From the NCBI GenBank assembly GCA_963790825.1, contig CAWBPM010000002.1:487159-551158 (forward strand): a stretch of DNA of 64,000 bases, read 5' to 3'. Position 1 is the first letter of the stretch, and each line of letters opens with the position of its first letter. The stretch comes from Candidatus Levyibacteriota bacterium (lineage in GTDB: Bacteria; Patescibacteriota; Microgenomatia; Levybacterales; UBA12049). This document shows positions 22,982-33,389 of this stretch, piece after piece. The notes beneath the pieces were generated by a model. That model saw only the letters and a list, made by a program, of their open reading frames with translations. It did no database searches and was not told where the DNA came from. A program made the translations under genes and the position numbers.

Positions 22982-23115
22982 AAAATCACTTTTCCTTTGC
23001 GAAGATCTTTCTTTACTTTTTTTTCCAACTCCCCTGCTTTTCGTATACTGCTAAGTGAATGCAAAGCCAATATGAATGAGACAAAAAATAGTAGGCTAAT
23101 AATAAGAAAAAACAT
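22951..23115 (-). CDS. Small single-TM protein (54 aa), absent from the ORF track
   Basis: MFFLIISLLFFVSFILALHSLSSIRKAGELEKKVKKDLRKGKVIFYKDSSSSKT*; begins 16 nt after the upstream gene on the same strand. Confidence 0.55.
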   Translation of the reverse strand: MFFLIISLLFFVSFILALHSLSSIRKAGELEKKVKKDLRKGKVIFYKDSSSSKT

Positions 23116-23131
23116 ATAATTTGTATTAATC

Positions 23132-23944
23132 CTAAAATGCCTCCGATCTCAGACTATTTTTCCCAAGTATTATTATAATATCTGCTATTTGTTTAATGTT
23201 TACTTGCTGGATGGGAAAATGGAAAAGTTCGGTTAATTTTCTTAATGTATAGGAACTTTGCCCGTAATAAATAATACGAGAAGTATTACTGATATCTTGT
23301 GCCGTTGCAATATCAATAACATTTCCCCCTAAACTATTAATGATTCGTTCGCATCTCATTCCGAGGCCCGAAACTCCTGTAGCGTTGACAATTTGGATAC
23401 TGATATTTTCACTTTCTATTCCGTCATCGCTAAATTGTGTTACGAAATTATCAGGCAGATTATTTACGTCTTCAGGTAGTTTAACAGAAAGTACTTGTGT
23501 CTTTCCGCCGCCTATTTTCTGGGCAACAATCGCCATATTAAGAATATCGAAAATAGTAAGATCCGCATGGAGACCGGGACTCAATGCAAATGTCATAAGT
23601 TGTTTACTAATTGGCTGATTTATCTGTAAACTTGACGGATAAAATATTCTTCCGTCTATGCCAATACCCAATACTTTTCCTATTGTTCGGATATCTGAAT
23701 TTCCCGTAATTGAAACGCGTTGCAAGAAGTTACTCCCCTTGTCCATTGACAGTATTTCACTTTGCTTTTTCTGATCCTCAACTGCGATGGTAAAGCGATG
23801 CTGTCCGTCAAACTTGCTTGCTTTAAAAACATAAAATATCTTAATACCAACTGAAATGAGAATGAAAAATAAAACAACACTACAATAAATAAACAGCATT
23901 TTAAAGCTTTTCCCGTTTTCTTTTGCTTGCTGTTTCCTCTTCAT
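23132..23944 (-). CDS. Membrane protein with LytR C-terminal domain (LCP-associated)
   Basis: TM near the N-terminus; IQIVNATGVSGLG...ADIIIILG; ATG 23944 follows CATAAT. Confidence 0.8.
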   Translation of the reverse strand: MKRKQQAKENGKSFKMLFIYCSVVLFFILISVGIKIFYVFKASKFDGQHRFTIAVEDQKKQSEILSMDKGSNFLQRVSITGNSDIRTIGKVLGIGIDGRIFYPSSLQINQPISKQLMTFALSPGLHADLTIFDILNMAIVAQKIGGGKTQVLSVKLPEDVNNLPDNFVTQFSDDGIESENISIQIVNATGVSGLGMRCERIINSLGGNVIDIATAQDISNTSRIIYYGQSSYTLRKLTELFHFPIQQVNIKQIADIIIILGKNSLRSEAF

Positions 23945-24035
23945 TACCCCTATTATGGAACAATTTAGCATTGTTATGCAATCATGCCTAAAAATAACAG
24001 GCTGTGGAGTTAGAATGTCTTAGGGAAAAGAATAG

Positions 24036-24173
24036 TTATTTGTTTTTCTTAATGAGTTCAGGAAGTTTGAATACCGGTGCTCCTGACGAGATATTCTGCC
24101 CGAAAGATTTATTCTGCTTATTTTTTTTTGCTTTTTTCTTTTCTCCTTTATAAAATCCGCTGCCCTGTGCCAT
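24036..24173 (-). CDS. Small basic protein (45 aa), absent from the ORF track
   Basis: MAQGSGFYKGEKKKAKKNKQNKSFGQNISSGAPVFKLPELIKKNK*; perfect SD GGGAGGTG 8 nt upstream. Confidence 0.65.
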   Translation of the reverse strand: MAQGSGFYKGEKKKAKKNKQNKSFGQNISSGAPVFKLPELIKKNK

Positions 24174-24217
24174 AGTAAATTCACCTCCCGATAATTAAAA
24201 TGATTATAACATAACTT

Positions 24218-25018
24218 TTACTTTTCTTGAATTTCCTGCAAATTTTTTTCTATGAATTCCTTAAGTTCAATCGGTAGTGGACTTTCGAAATGCACTTCTT
24301 CCCCACTCTTTGGATGGAGGAAACTAATTTTTGCCGCATGGAGAAAAACCCGATTAAGAAGTTTTCTGTCTCTATTTGCAGTTTTACGTCCGGCGTAGAG
24401 AAAATCGGAAAAAATCGGGTGATTAAAATACTTCAAATGAACTCTGATTTGATGAGTTCTGCCTGTTTTTGGCGTCAATTCAACAAGAGATAACTCTTCC
24501 CTCTGTTTGCCGGGCATTAAAAAATACTGGGGTACCTGATAAAATGTTACCGATTCCCGTCCTCCCGCGACAATTCCAAATTGCCTACGGTTCCAAGGCA
24601 GTCGGTCTACCGGAACGTTAATTTCCCCATTCCGCGGAGCGATTCTGCCATGAGCTAAGGCAATATATGTTTTCTGCACGGTTCGCTCTTTAAATTGTTT
24701 TTGTAGATTTTGGAAAGCATCAGGATTTTTCGCAACCAAAAGGATTCCCGAAGTTTCCTTGTCTATGCGGTGTACTATCCCTCCCCGTTCACGGAATGCT
24801 TGCTGAAAATATTCTTTACTTGTGTAGTCATCAATTTTTTTCCTTCCAACTTTTAATTTTTCACTTTCAATTTTTAATTTGCTTTCCGTCCAATCCTGAA
24901 CAGTTAATTGGCTTTGGGTCGTATCAGACTTATTGACGGTGATGCCTGCCGGCTTATTTAAAACCAGTAAATCATCGTCTTCATAAATTATTTGGATGGG
25001 ATTTTCTTGATTTTCCAT
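24218..25018 (-). CDS. RluA/RluD-family pseudouridine synthase (no S4 domain)
   Basis: VLNKPAG, VHRIDKETSG (catalytic Asp), KTYIALA, TGRTHQIRVH, LHA. Confidence 0.93.
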   Translation of the reverse strand: MENQENPIQIIYEDDDLLVLNKPAGITVNKSDTTQSQLTVQDWTESKLKIESEKLKVGRKKIDDYTSKEYFQQAFRERGGIVHRIDKETSGILLVAKNPDAFQNLQKQFKERTVQKTYIALAHGRIAPRNGEINVPVDRLPWNRRQFGIVAGGRESVTFYQVPQYFLMPGKQREELSLVELTPKTGRTHQIRVHLKYFNHPIFSDFLYAGRKTANRDRKLLNRVFLHAAKISFLHPKSGEEVHFESPLPIELKEFIEKNLQEIQEK

Positions 25019-25021
25019 AGT

Positions 25022-25717
25022 CTACTCTATTTTTTTACGTGTGGGTTTTATTTGTAAACGTAAAAAGAGGAAAAGAAAAATAAGTAAAATAATAAGGGTA
25101 AAAATGTCTTCGGGGGTAACTCTATATACATTGCCTTTTACATAAAATATGATACGGAGAACAAGAGAAATGAGTGAGACGTTAAAGACAAATAAGGTTC
25201 CGATACTGCCATCCCGGATACTACCCCGAAGCAGCTTCCTGTAGAGTACACGAATAAAGAAGAAGAAAAGAATGATATAGCATACCATTTCGATAAGTAT
25301 TTGAGGAGCTACGTTTAGCGGGTATAAAAAGATACTACCCAATAAAGCAAAGGGCAAAGCACAAAGAACAGAAAGAGAGAAAAAGTCTGCTAGTCTGCCC
25401 GCAGGATATTTTTTTAGTTTAGAAATATAGTAGATATACCCTCCTCCACCGAGTATTCCGCCTAAAAACGAAAGGCCGGGAAAATACGGTATTGCCAGAA
25501 TAATAATCGGGCTTAAAAAATGATTGCTGAAATGTAAAATAATATAGATAAGCCGGCTGCCAACGAGACCCATAAAAGAGGTGCTAAAAGCGAGGTTAAA
25601 TAAATACTCTAGCGTAACATTTCTCCTGATTAGGATGAGATCTTCCTGTCCCAGTTTATATAAACAAAAGAGGAAAATAAAAAAACTAATAATAAAAAAT
25701 AAAATAAAAAACAGCAT
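25022..25717 (-). CDS. Divergent Lgt-like membrane protein
   Basis: GLVGSRLIYI, GLSFLGGILGG, LADFFS pattern; multiple TMs. Confidence 0.6.
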   Translation of the reverse strand: MLFFILFFIISFFIFLFCLYKLGQEDLILIRRNVTLEYLFNLAFSTSFMGLVGSRLIYIILHFSNHFLSPIIILAIPYFPGLSFLGGILGGGGYIYYISKLKKYPAGRLADFFSLSVLCALPFALLGSIFLYPLNVAPQILIEMVCYIILFFFFIRVLYRKLLRGSIRDGSIGTLFVFNVSLISLVLRIIFYVKGNVYRVTPEDIFTLIILLIFLFLFLRLQIKPTRKKIE

Positions 25718-25720
25718 GTG

Positions 25721-26986
25721 TTAACGCATAACAACCCGGACAATACCGAGCATTACTAAACTAATTCCTATACCAATAATAACCCTTCCTACTCCTATTA
25801 AATCCGACAGTCCTCCAACCGCAATAATCGGCACCAGGGAAAAAATTCCGACAATACTGTTTAAGCCGCCGTAGATTTTCCCCCGGAATTCATCCGCTGT
25901 TTGTTCTTGTAAGATTGTGTTCGAAGGGACAAAAACAAGTGCGTTCGCAACTCCTAGAACAAACGCTAAAAAAATCAGAATATGAATATTTGTAATTGTC
26001 AAAAAGTGCGGAATAAGACTGTTAACTACCTTAACAAAATCATGCGAGCTGATCGCTGAAGCAAATGGCAGCACCATCATCGAAACTCCCGAGAGAAATA
26101 GACCCACAATAACCATTTTATTTCTGGAATAATGATGAAATACGTTTACCAAAAATATTCCGCCCAAGATCATTCCGAGCGCCGCAGGTGTTACAAAAAT
26201 AACCGGAAATTCTTCAACTTTCATGCCTAACACCTGGTTAGCAAATCCCGGAATGACGGCGGCAATAACTAAAATAAGAATTTGCGCCAACGCCAGCAGA
26301 AAAAGCGATCCATAGATTTCCCGCGTCCGGCTCATAAGCTCCAAAGCGCGCTTTATTTCTCGTCCTATATCTAAATTCGCCATAAAATCGATCGAATCAG
26401 GCTTTTTTTGTGTTTTGGGTAGTTTAATGAAAGATATAAAAACCGCTCCAATCAAAAGCGCCACAGCTAAAATAATCAGCGTTCCAATTTGTCCGAAAAG
26501 CAAAATTAGTGGTCCCGAGAGAACATAGGCGAGAAGAATTGAGCCAAAAATAGCCATGCTGAATAGTGCATTTGCCGAAAACAGCACTTCTTGTTTTACA
26601 AGAAGCGGAATCATAGGTGTTTCGGCAGGAATAAAAAATTGAGTAACAATGGAGATGCAGAAAGAAACAAGATAAATTATGAGTAAATTCGTATGGAAAA
26701 ACGCCAAAAACAACAAAAGGAAAGCGCGAAGAATATTACAAATTCCCAGTACTCTTTTTTTATCCCGCCTGTCGACATAGACACCTGCCACAATGCCAAA
26801 TAAAATTGCCGGAATAGTGAATGATATAATAACACCTGCCACAGCAGTGTTGGAGTGCGTCAATGTATACACGGTAAGAATAAGATAGAAATTAAAAAGA
26901 TTGACAGAAATCTGGGTAAAAATCTCGCTCAGCCAGAGAAAAAGGAAAGGTTTTTCGCTAAATGCCTGGAAAATATTATGTTTCAT
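25721..26986 (-). CDS. MFS transporter
   Basis: About 12 TMs, AGVYVDRRDKK motif A, FRGKIYG, GGLSDLIG. Confidence 0.9.
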   Translation of the reverse strand: MKHNIFQAFSEKPFLFLWLSEIFTQISVNLFNFYLILTVYTLTHSNTAVAGVIISFTIPAILFGIVAGVYVDRRDKKRVLGICNILRAFLLLFLAFFHTNLLIIYLVSFCISIVTQFFIPAETPMIPLLVKQEVLFSANALFSMAIFGSILLAYVLSGPLILLFGQIGTLIILAVALLIGAVFISFIKLPKTQKKPDSIDFMANLDIGREIKRALELMSRTREIYGSLFLLALAQILILVIAAVIPGFANQVLGMKVEEFPVIFVTPAALGMILGGIFLVNVFHHYSRNKMVIVGLFLSGVSMMVLPFASAISSHDFVKVVNSLIPHFLTITNIHILIFLAFVLGVANALVFVPSNTILQEQTADEFRGKIYGGLNSIVGIFSLVPIIAVGGLSDLIGVGRVIIGIGISLVMLGIVRVVMR

Positions 26987-27543
26987 TCTTGGGCTCTTTC
27001 GGAATATGCACCGGTGCGGGTATCAATTCGAATCGTGTCACCCGAATTGATAAAAAGTGGAACTTTCGTTTTCAATCCGTTCTCAAGTATTGCATCTTTA
27101 AAAACATTTGTCGCTGAATTTCCTTTTATTCCAGGTGCGGTTTCTGAGACAACAAAAACCATTTTAGGCGGTAGTTGGACCGAAAGCGCCCGGTCTCCGA
27201 GAAAACTAACGGTAAAACTTTCTCCTTCTTTTAAATATTCATATTGGTCTATTACGTCAAGAGCAATGGTAATTTGCTCATACGTTTGCAAATTCATAAA
27301 ATAAGCATTTTCGTCATCCTTATAGAGAAATTGCAGTTCATTCTTTGCGACTGTAACAGCATCTACTTTGGCACCGTTAATGTAGCTTTTCTCCACCGTT
27401 GAGCCATTGCTAAGATTCTTTACTCTAACTTTAATATTTGCCGAACCCCTACCCATTTTAATGTGTTCGTAGGAGATTACTTGATATAAATTACCGTCTT
27501 CACGGTATGTTGTACCGGATTTTAGATCTGTAACACCAATCAT
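26983..27543 (-). CDS. efp: Translation elongation factor P
   Basis: HIKMGRG, QFLYKD, FMNLQTYEQ, PGIKGNSA, VPLFI..GD.IRIDTRTGAY. Confidence 0.96.
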   Translation of the reverse strand: MIGVTDLKSGTTYREDGNLYQVISYEHIKMGRGSANIKVRVKNLSNGSTVEKSYINGAKVDAVTVAKNELQFLYKDDENAYFMNLQTYEQITIALDVIDQYEYLKEGESFTVSFLGDRALSVQLPPKMVFVVSETAPGIKGNSATNVFKDAILENGLKTKVPLFINSGDTIRIDTRTGAYSERAQE

Positions 27544-27603
27544 AGTTAATTAAAAATTCAAAGTGAAAAGTTTAATGTTATTGAGCTTAACAACTTGTAT
27601 AAT

Positions 27604-29118
27604 TTACTTTCCTTTTCGCTCTTCCATTAATTGTAGCATAGTTCTGACACCAAATCCGCTCCCGCCTTTCGGCCCCAAACTATGCGGTTTTTCGGCAAAA
27701 GCCGGTCCAGCGATGTCAAAATGTACCCAGGATTTATCTCCGATAAATTCCTGCAAGAAAAGTGCGGCAGTAATTGTCCCAGCGTAACGGGAATTTGGAA
27801 TGTTGGCAATGTCTGCAATTTCGCTTTTGTTCATGTCTTTATACTCTTTTTCCAAAGGTAATTCCCAAACCTTTTCTCCTGCTCTATAAGCAGCATTTTT
27901 AACTGAGTCAACCAAATCCCTGTTGTTGGAAAAAATAGCAGCAATTTCGGTTCCCAATGCCACCAAGCATGCTCCGGTCAACGTGGCAAAATCGATAATC
28001 TCAGTTGCTCCTTCTTTTACCGCAAAAGAAAGACTATCTGCCATAGTGACTCTTCCCTCCGCATCGGTGTTCAGAACTTCAATTGTCTTTCCGTTTAGAG
28101 CTTTTACGACGTCGCCCGGGACAATTGACTCGCCCGAGATGAGATTCGGAGTTGCGGCAATAAGACCCATGACTGGAAAATCGGGTTTGATCTTTGCTAT
28201 GACGGAAAATACGCCGAGAACTGTCGCTGCACCTGCCATATCCATTTTCATATCCTGCATATGATCACCCGGTTTGACATTAATACCGCCGCTGTCAAAC
28301 GTAATTCCCTTCCCGACCAATGCCAGTTTTCTTTTACTTTTCGCTTTTTCCGGTGTATATGAAAGGAAAATAAATTTCGGCTCAGCTGCTGATGCGCGAG
28401 CAATGCCGAGTAGTGCTTCCATTCCCATCCTTGTAAGTTCTGTCTTGCCAAAAACTTTACACGTGATAAGCGGGCTGGATTTGGCAATGTCTTTGCCTAA
28501 ATTTGCCAAATACTCAGGTGTCGCAATCGCCGCTTGCTCGTTTACCAAATCTCGCGCCAAGATAGTTGCATCCGAATAAAGTATGGCTTTTTCAATTGCC
28601 TTTCTCACTTTATTTGACGGAGTCTCTTCTGAAATTGCGAGAATAATAGTTTCCAGATTTCTTTCTTCGGGCTTCTTGGCTTTATATTTCAGAAAAGTGT
28701 AGTTTGCCAAATTAACCGCTTCTACAATAACATGCACAACGTCTTTCATATCCTCATCTGCTACTCCCTGCACAGAAATTGTTAGTGAATTAATCTTCCC
28801 TTTTTGAGACGTGACAAATTTACCGGTAATATTTCGTAAATCATTGAGGACAAATTCGGTTTCTTTACCCAAACCCAAGACAACTACCTTGGTTGGTACA
28901 ATTTTTCCCTGAGTAAATAAAATGCACGTTTTTTCTGATTCTCCTTTAAAATGCTCTACGTTACAAATTGCCGATAATTGTCCGTCGAGTGTTTGGTCAA
29001 GCTGTGTAAACGCAGAAGACGTGAGATAGGATTTTTCATCTTCTTTTTCAAATACATACACGAGAAGAATGTCGGACGAGATTTTTGAAAGAAGATTTTG
29101 TGAGACTTCAAATTTCAT
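27604..29118 (-). CDS. pepA: Leucyl aminopeptidase (M17)
   Basis: VGKGITFDSGG, MKMDMAG, NTDAEGR, ATLTGA, HFDIAG; ATG at 29118. Confidence 0.95.
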   Translation of the reverse strand: MKFEVSQNLLSKISSDILLVYVFEKEDEKSYLTSSAFTQLDQTLDGQLSAICNVEHFKGESEKTCILFTQGKIVPTKVVVLGLGKETEFVLNDLRNITGKFVTSQKGKINSLTISVQGVADEDMKDVVHVIVEAVNLANYTFLKYKAKKPEERNLETIILAISEETPSNKVRKAIEKAILYSDATILARDLVNEQAAIATPEYLANLGKDIAKSSPLITCKVFGKTELTRMGMEALLGIARASAAEPKFIFLSYTPEKAKSKRKLALVGKGITFDSGGINVKPGDHMQDMKMDMAGAATVLGVFSVIAKIKPDFPVMGLIAATPNLISGESIVPGDVVKALNGKTIEVLNTDAEGRVTMADSLSFAVKEGATEIIDFATLTGACLVALGTEIAAIFSNNRDLVDSVKNAAYRAGEKVWELPLEKEYKDMNKSEIADIANIPNSRYAGTITAALFLQEFIGDKSWVHFDIAGPAFAEKPHSLGPKGGSGFGVRTMLQLMEERKGK

Positions 29119-29259
29119 AGCTAAGCGATATTTTATCATCTAAACGTGAAAAAAGAAAGCGAACGAGAACAATTTTCATTTCTATCTACGGCCAACTGAA
29201 AATTGTTAGGTCTGTTGAATATCGAATGTAAATACCGTAAAATACTATATAAGCGACTA

Positions 29260-29344
29260 GCCGGGATGGCGGAATGGTATACGCGGTAGTCTCAAAAACT
29301 ACTGGCTCTAAACGGCCTTGTGGGTTCGACTCCCTCTCCCGGTA
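29260..29344 (+). tRNA. tRNA-Leu(CAA)
   Basis: Acceptor GCCGGGA/TCCCGGT, D-loop GGAATGGTATAC, anticodon stem GTAGT/ACTAC with loop CTCAAAA, long variable arm, GGTTCGACTCC; CCA not encoded. Confidence 0.95.
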
Positions 29345-29366
29345 CTAAAATATCGAGTTTTGTTAT

Positions 29367-30965
29367 TTACCATGGGCACTCTTCATCCCAATCCTCTTCG
29401 TCTTTTCCAAATATAAACTCCATTTGTTTTGACTGACCTTCTTTGATCTTTTCAAGTGTTTCATGATCTGCAAAATCGTATTCATCCCATTCTCTTCCTT
29501 CATTACCCGGATCTACCAAATCAAATAATTTAGCCATCGGCGGCTCTTCGCTATGAACTGCATCGTTTAGAAAAAGATTTTCTTCCCAATCGTAATCAAC
29601 AGTAAATTCCGGTTCTTGATCAGGCAATGGAATTTCCTCGGTTTCCAAGTCTTCAAGAGTTGCAAGTTCCCCCCTGTATAAATGTTCCGGTCTTCCCAGT
29701 CCAACTGTTTTATATCCTTGGTCCCGTACAATTCCAGCCGTATACTGAAGTGCTGTTATTGCCTCTTTCTCACCCCCATACAGATTTTGCTGATAAATAT
29801 CGAGGACATTGGTAAATAATTTCTCCATATTGCTATTAATTTTAGGACCAAACCACATAGTTTTAGTAAAAACTTTTTTAGAGACCCTGTCATGAAATGA
29901 GAGCAACAAATCTGAGCAGCGTTGTATCTTACTTGGCTGAACCATCAGAGAATAAAAAACAGCAGCTCCACTACCGGCGCGGTTTGCAATATTTATAAAT
30001 GCAGCTTTAAATGCATCTGGATTAACTGCTTGCAGTCTTTGACTGTATTCATTAACTTCGTTAACTTGTTGTTTCGTTTCCTCTTCATCTTTCGGATATT
30101 TTTTTATATAATTTTCCGCTCCGCTTATATAGGATAGCTGTGCATAGGCAAACTTTCCCAGCCGAGATAATCCATAACCGAACCATTTCGTTATATCTTT
30201 CCCTCTTTTTGTTCGCGGAACTTCCGTTTGCACTTGTTGTAAGTCTTTTACTGCTTGCACTGGTGGATAGTCTGTATATGCATGCAAAAGTGCTACTCCA
30301 GGCAACGTCCACCCTGTCGTCTCTCTGCCAAACCGGCGAACCATATCTTCTGTCATATCCGTAAATTCTTCAACAGTAGGATTATTTTTCCCAAGAATAT
30401 GTGGAACACTGTACATAAACGTGTCAGCTAACCGGAGGGAGCCAATTCCACGCAAATATGCTCCGGAAACGCGTAGTGTCTGCAGATCTCCCCCCTTTTC
30501 AAGGTATTCCGGAAGTCGACTTGCATACCTGGCTGCGAATAATTTTCCGCCTGCATCGACTGCCGTATCGACTGATTCAAAAAATGCATTCGGGTCTATT
30601 CCCTGCTTTCGCACATCATTATATGATCTTGTAAACTGCGCTGCAGCTTTCATACCAAACCTCTGATACGCCAGTGGCACTAATTTACTGTATGTTTCAA
30701 AATCAAAGTCAGGTCTGCCTAGCTCATCCATGGAGTGTTCTATAAATCGCTCTGCCTGGACAGGATTATAACTTCTGCCCAAATGTATCGTTTCTTCTTC
30801 AATTTGCGCTGTCCAGTTGCCTTTTCTTACCATTTCCTCGACAAATTTTCCCAGCGCTTTCACTGATTCTGTCTCAGAACTGCCAATTGCAGCTTCTACT
30901 CTTTCCCGCGCATGACGCTCTTCTGACTGGTAATATGACGCATATCCTTGTTTTTCGGATGACAT
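29367..30965 (-). CDS. Large hypothetical helical protein with acidic C-terminal tail
   Basis: 532-aa ORF; TATAAT 8 nt before the ATG. Confidence 0.8.
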   Translation of the reverse strand: MSSEKQGYASYYQSEERHARERVEAAIGSSETESVKALGKFVEEMVRKGNWTAQIEEETIHLGRSYNPVQAERFIEHSMDELGRPDFDFETYSKLVPLAYQRFGMKAAAQFTRSYNDVRKQGIDPNAFFESVDTAVDAGGKLFAARYASRLPEYLEKGGDLQTLRVSGAYLRGIGSLRLADTFMYSVPHILGKNNPTVEEFTDMTEDMVRRFGRETTGWTLPGVALLHAYTDYPPVQAVKDLQQVQTEVPRTKRGKDITKWFGYGLSRLGKFAYAQLSYISGAENYIKKYPKDEEETKQQVNEVNEYSQRLQAVNPDAFKAAFINIANRAGSGAAVFYSLMVQPSKIQRCSDLLLSFHDRVSKKVFTKTMWFGPKINSNMEKLFTNVLDIYQQNLYGGEKEAITALQYTAGIVRDQGYKTVGLGRPEHLYRGELATLEDLETEEIPLPDQEPEFTVDYDWEENLFLNDAVHSEEPPMAKLFDLVDPGNEGREWDEYDFADHETLEKIKEGQSKQMEFIFGKDEEDWDEECPW

Positions 30966-31141
30966 AATTTCGCATTATACATCGAGGATTTTGAAAAAAC
31001 CATGGTCGTAGAATTCGTAAAATTTTCTCTGCTTGCCGCCTAAGAAGAAAAATTTTAGCAGTCTTTTGCGTCTGGTACATTAGTCTGAATTTGTTTATCC
31101 CCTTTCGCAGAAAATCACGATTGTAAGATTATAGATGAATG

Positions 31142-31504
31142 CTAAGGGTTTCTGTTTCGGAAGGATTTCGCTTCCGACGAAGTGTGAATAAAATCTCGAT
31201 CGTAAGGCTGGGGAGCTTTATCTGCAGAAACAGACGCATCAACTACCTGTCTAAATAATGGCTCGGAGAATTGACCCTGAGCTAATAATATTTCACTTCC
31301 GCCTAGACTCTGAGCGAGAGAAGAATTTGGATCGCTTAGCCTAACACGTAGCGCTCTATATTTATCTATTCTTTCAACTATTATCCCCCTATACCACTTT
31401 CTCTCACCTTTCTCATCTTTACCTAAACTAAACTCTACCTCAGGTAGCCGGTTATGGTTATTAGTACCAGGTTCTATTGGCAATAATTCTCTATTATTAT
31501 TCAT
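31142..31504 (-). CDS. Hypothetical protein, possible SH3/Tudor-like barrel
   Basis: ORF with GGAG upstream of ATG 31504; WYRGIIVERIDKYRALRVRL. Confidence 0.55.
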   Translation of the reverse strand: MNNNRELLPIEPGTNNHNRLPEVEFSLGKDEKGERKWYRGIIVERIDKYRALRVRLSDPNSSLAQSLGGSEILLAQGQFSEPLFRQVVDASVSADKAPQPYDRDFIHTSSEAKSFRNRNP

Positions 31505-31545
31505 TGTTATATTATCTCCGGCAAACTTCAAGAATTGATAGGGGG

Positions 31546-33333
31546 TTATTTATATCCCTTCGCTTGAAGTTCGAAAAGTTCTGCGTATAGTCCTTTTTTC
31601 CTGAGCAGTGCTTCGTGGTTTCCGGCTTCGACAATTCTTCCTTCATCCAGAACGAGTATCCGATCGGCATTTCGTACGGTTGAAAATCTGTGAGAAATAA
31701 TAATGACTGTTTTATCACTTTGCAATTTCTGCACATTTTCAAAAATTTCATATTCTGCTTTCGCGTCAATTGCTGCTGTCGGCTCGTCTAAGATTAAAAT
31801 CGGAGCATTGCGGAAAAATGCTCTGGCCAATGCAAGTTTTTGCCACTGTCCACCGGATAAGTCGATCCCATCATCAAACATTTTTCCCACGATTTGATCT
31901 ATTCCTTTGGGCAAGTTATCAAGGTATTTATCAGCTCCTGATTTTGCAATTGCGTCTTTAAGTAGTTTTTCATTGTTTTTCTCTGCTAAGTTGCCAAAAT
32001 AAACATTTTCTTTAAAGGTAAACTGGTACTTGATAAAGTCCTGAAATAATGCGCCAACCATTTTATGCCACTCTTCAAGACTTAAATCCTTTATATTTAC
32101 TCCGTTAATAAGTAGTTCTCCTCCTGTGACGTCGTAGAAGCGAAGGATTAGTTTAATAATCGTTGTCTTCCCTGCCCCGTTTTCTCCAACCAATGCAATT
32201 TTCTCACCACTTTCAATCTTCAGATTAAAATTTTTTAAGATAAACCGATCAGTTTTTGGATATTTGAAAGACGCATTTTTAAACTCAATGACAGGCGGAG
32301 TAGGTTTTTGAGATAAAGAGATAGGATTTACAGACGATTTGATGACATTTTCAATCTCTAAAAAATCAAAGAACTTGGCAATTAAATCAATTCGCATGGC
32401 AATACTAGAATACATACCTAAAAGTCCTTCAACTCCATACGCCAGACTCATGATTTGTTGAAAATACAAGGTAAATTGACCAATCGTAACGTTACGCCGA
32501 ACAACCGCTAAAACAAGCAGATATTGCGAATAGAGAAATGCAGACAGCTGGATAAAATTCATCATGAACGTTTGTTCAACCCCTTTTTCAGTTATTACAT
32601 TAAACGGTGTAAAATAGTTCTTTAGTTCATGTGAAACTTTTTGCTGCATTGCCGGACCGGTTTTAAAAATTGCCGCTTCTTTCGAGGTGGAATCAGACGA
32701 TAAGAGATTACGGATATACATGATCACTCTTTTTACGGCTGCACGTTTGGGAAGAAAGTAGGGAAACACTTTCGTCCGGTATTTGTCGGTAACAAAATAG
32801 GTAGGAATTGTGGTAATAATTATTAGTGGGACAACCCAGGGAAAGATAGGAAAAAGGATCACTATTGCTGCTGTGACTTTGACAATATTATTGATAAGTC
32901 CCGTAATCCGGTCCTGCAGTATTACCATAGGTCCAACAGTACCGTCAATTTGGGAGAGTAAGTTCTGAAACTTTGATTTTTCAAATGTTGCCGGATCAAG
33001 CGTTGCAAGTTTCTGGATAATGACACTATCAAGATAAAATTCGAGTTTATTTTGAAAATATGGTTGTTTTAAACTGTCATAATTGGCTAAATAGTAATTC
33101 AGTAAACTTGCTACTGCGTAAGCAGAACCTATCCAAATAAAGCTTGATTGAATAGCGAAGATGGAGCTTAGGTGTGTCAATAAATCAATAACTCTGGCTA
33201 AAAGGATGAGCTGAATCAAGGGATAAAGTGTATTACTGTAAACTCCGGAAAATATTGAGACGACCACATAAACTCCGTAAGCTCTCCAGGAGAGCTGAAA
33301 CACTTTCCAGGTGTAATAAAGATTCTTCTTCAT
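31546..33333 (-). CDS. ABC exporter, fused TMD-NBD
   Basis: GENGAGKT, LSGGQWQK, ILDEPT, SHR; N-terminal TM domain. Confidence 0.93.
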   Translation of the reverse strand: MKKNLYYTWKVFQLSWRAYGVYVVVSIFSGVYSNTLYPLIQLILLARVIDLLTHLSSIFAIQSSFIWIGSAYAVASLLNYYLANYDSLKQPYFQNKLEFYLDSVIIQKLATLDPATFEKSKFQNLLSQIDGTVGPMVILQDRITGLINNIVKVTAAIVILFPIFPWVVPLIIITTIPTYFVTDKYRTKVFPYFLPKRAAVKRVIMYIRNLLSSDSTSKEAAIFKTGPAMQQKVSHELKNYFTPFNVITEKGVEQTFMMNFIQLSAFLYSQYLLVLAVVRRNVTIGQFTLYFQQIMSLAYGVEGLLGMYSSIAMRIDLIAKFFDFLEIENVIKSSVNPISLSQKPTPPVIEFKNASFKYPKTDRFILKNFNLKIESGEKIALVGENGAGKTTIIKLILRFYDVTGGELLINGVNIKDLSLEEWHKMVGALFQDFIKYQFTFKENVYFGNLAEKNNEKLLKDAIAKSGADKYLDNLPKGIDQIVGKMFDDGIDLSGGQWQKLALARAFFRNAPILILDEPTAAIDAKAEYEIFENVQKLQSDKTVIIISHRFSTVRNADRILVLDEGRIVEAGNHEALLRKKGLYAELFELQAKGYK

Positions 33334-33389
33334 AATAAGAGTATCCCTCTATTACTGTAGCATATAATTCTTGTGGTCTAAAACATTCA

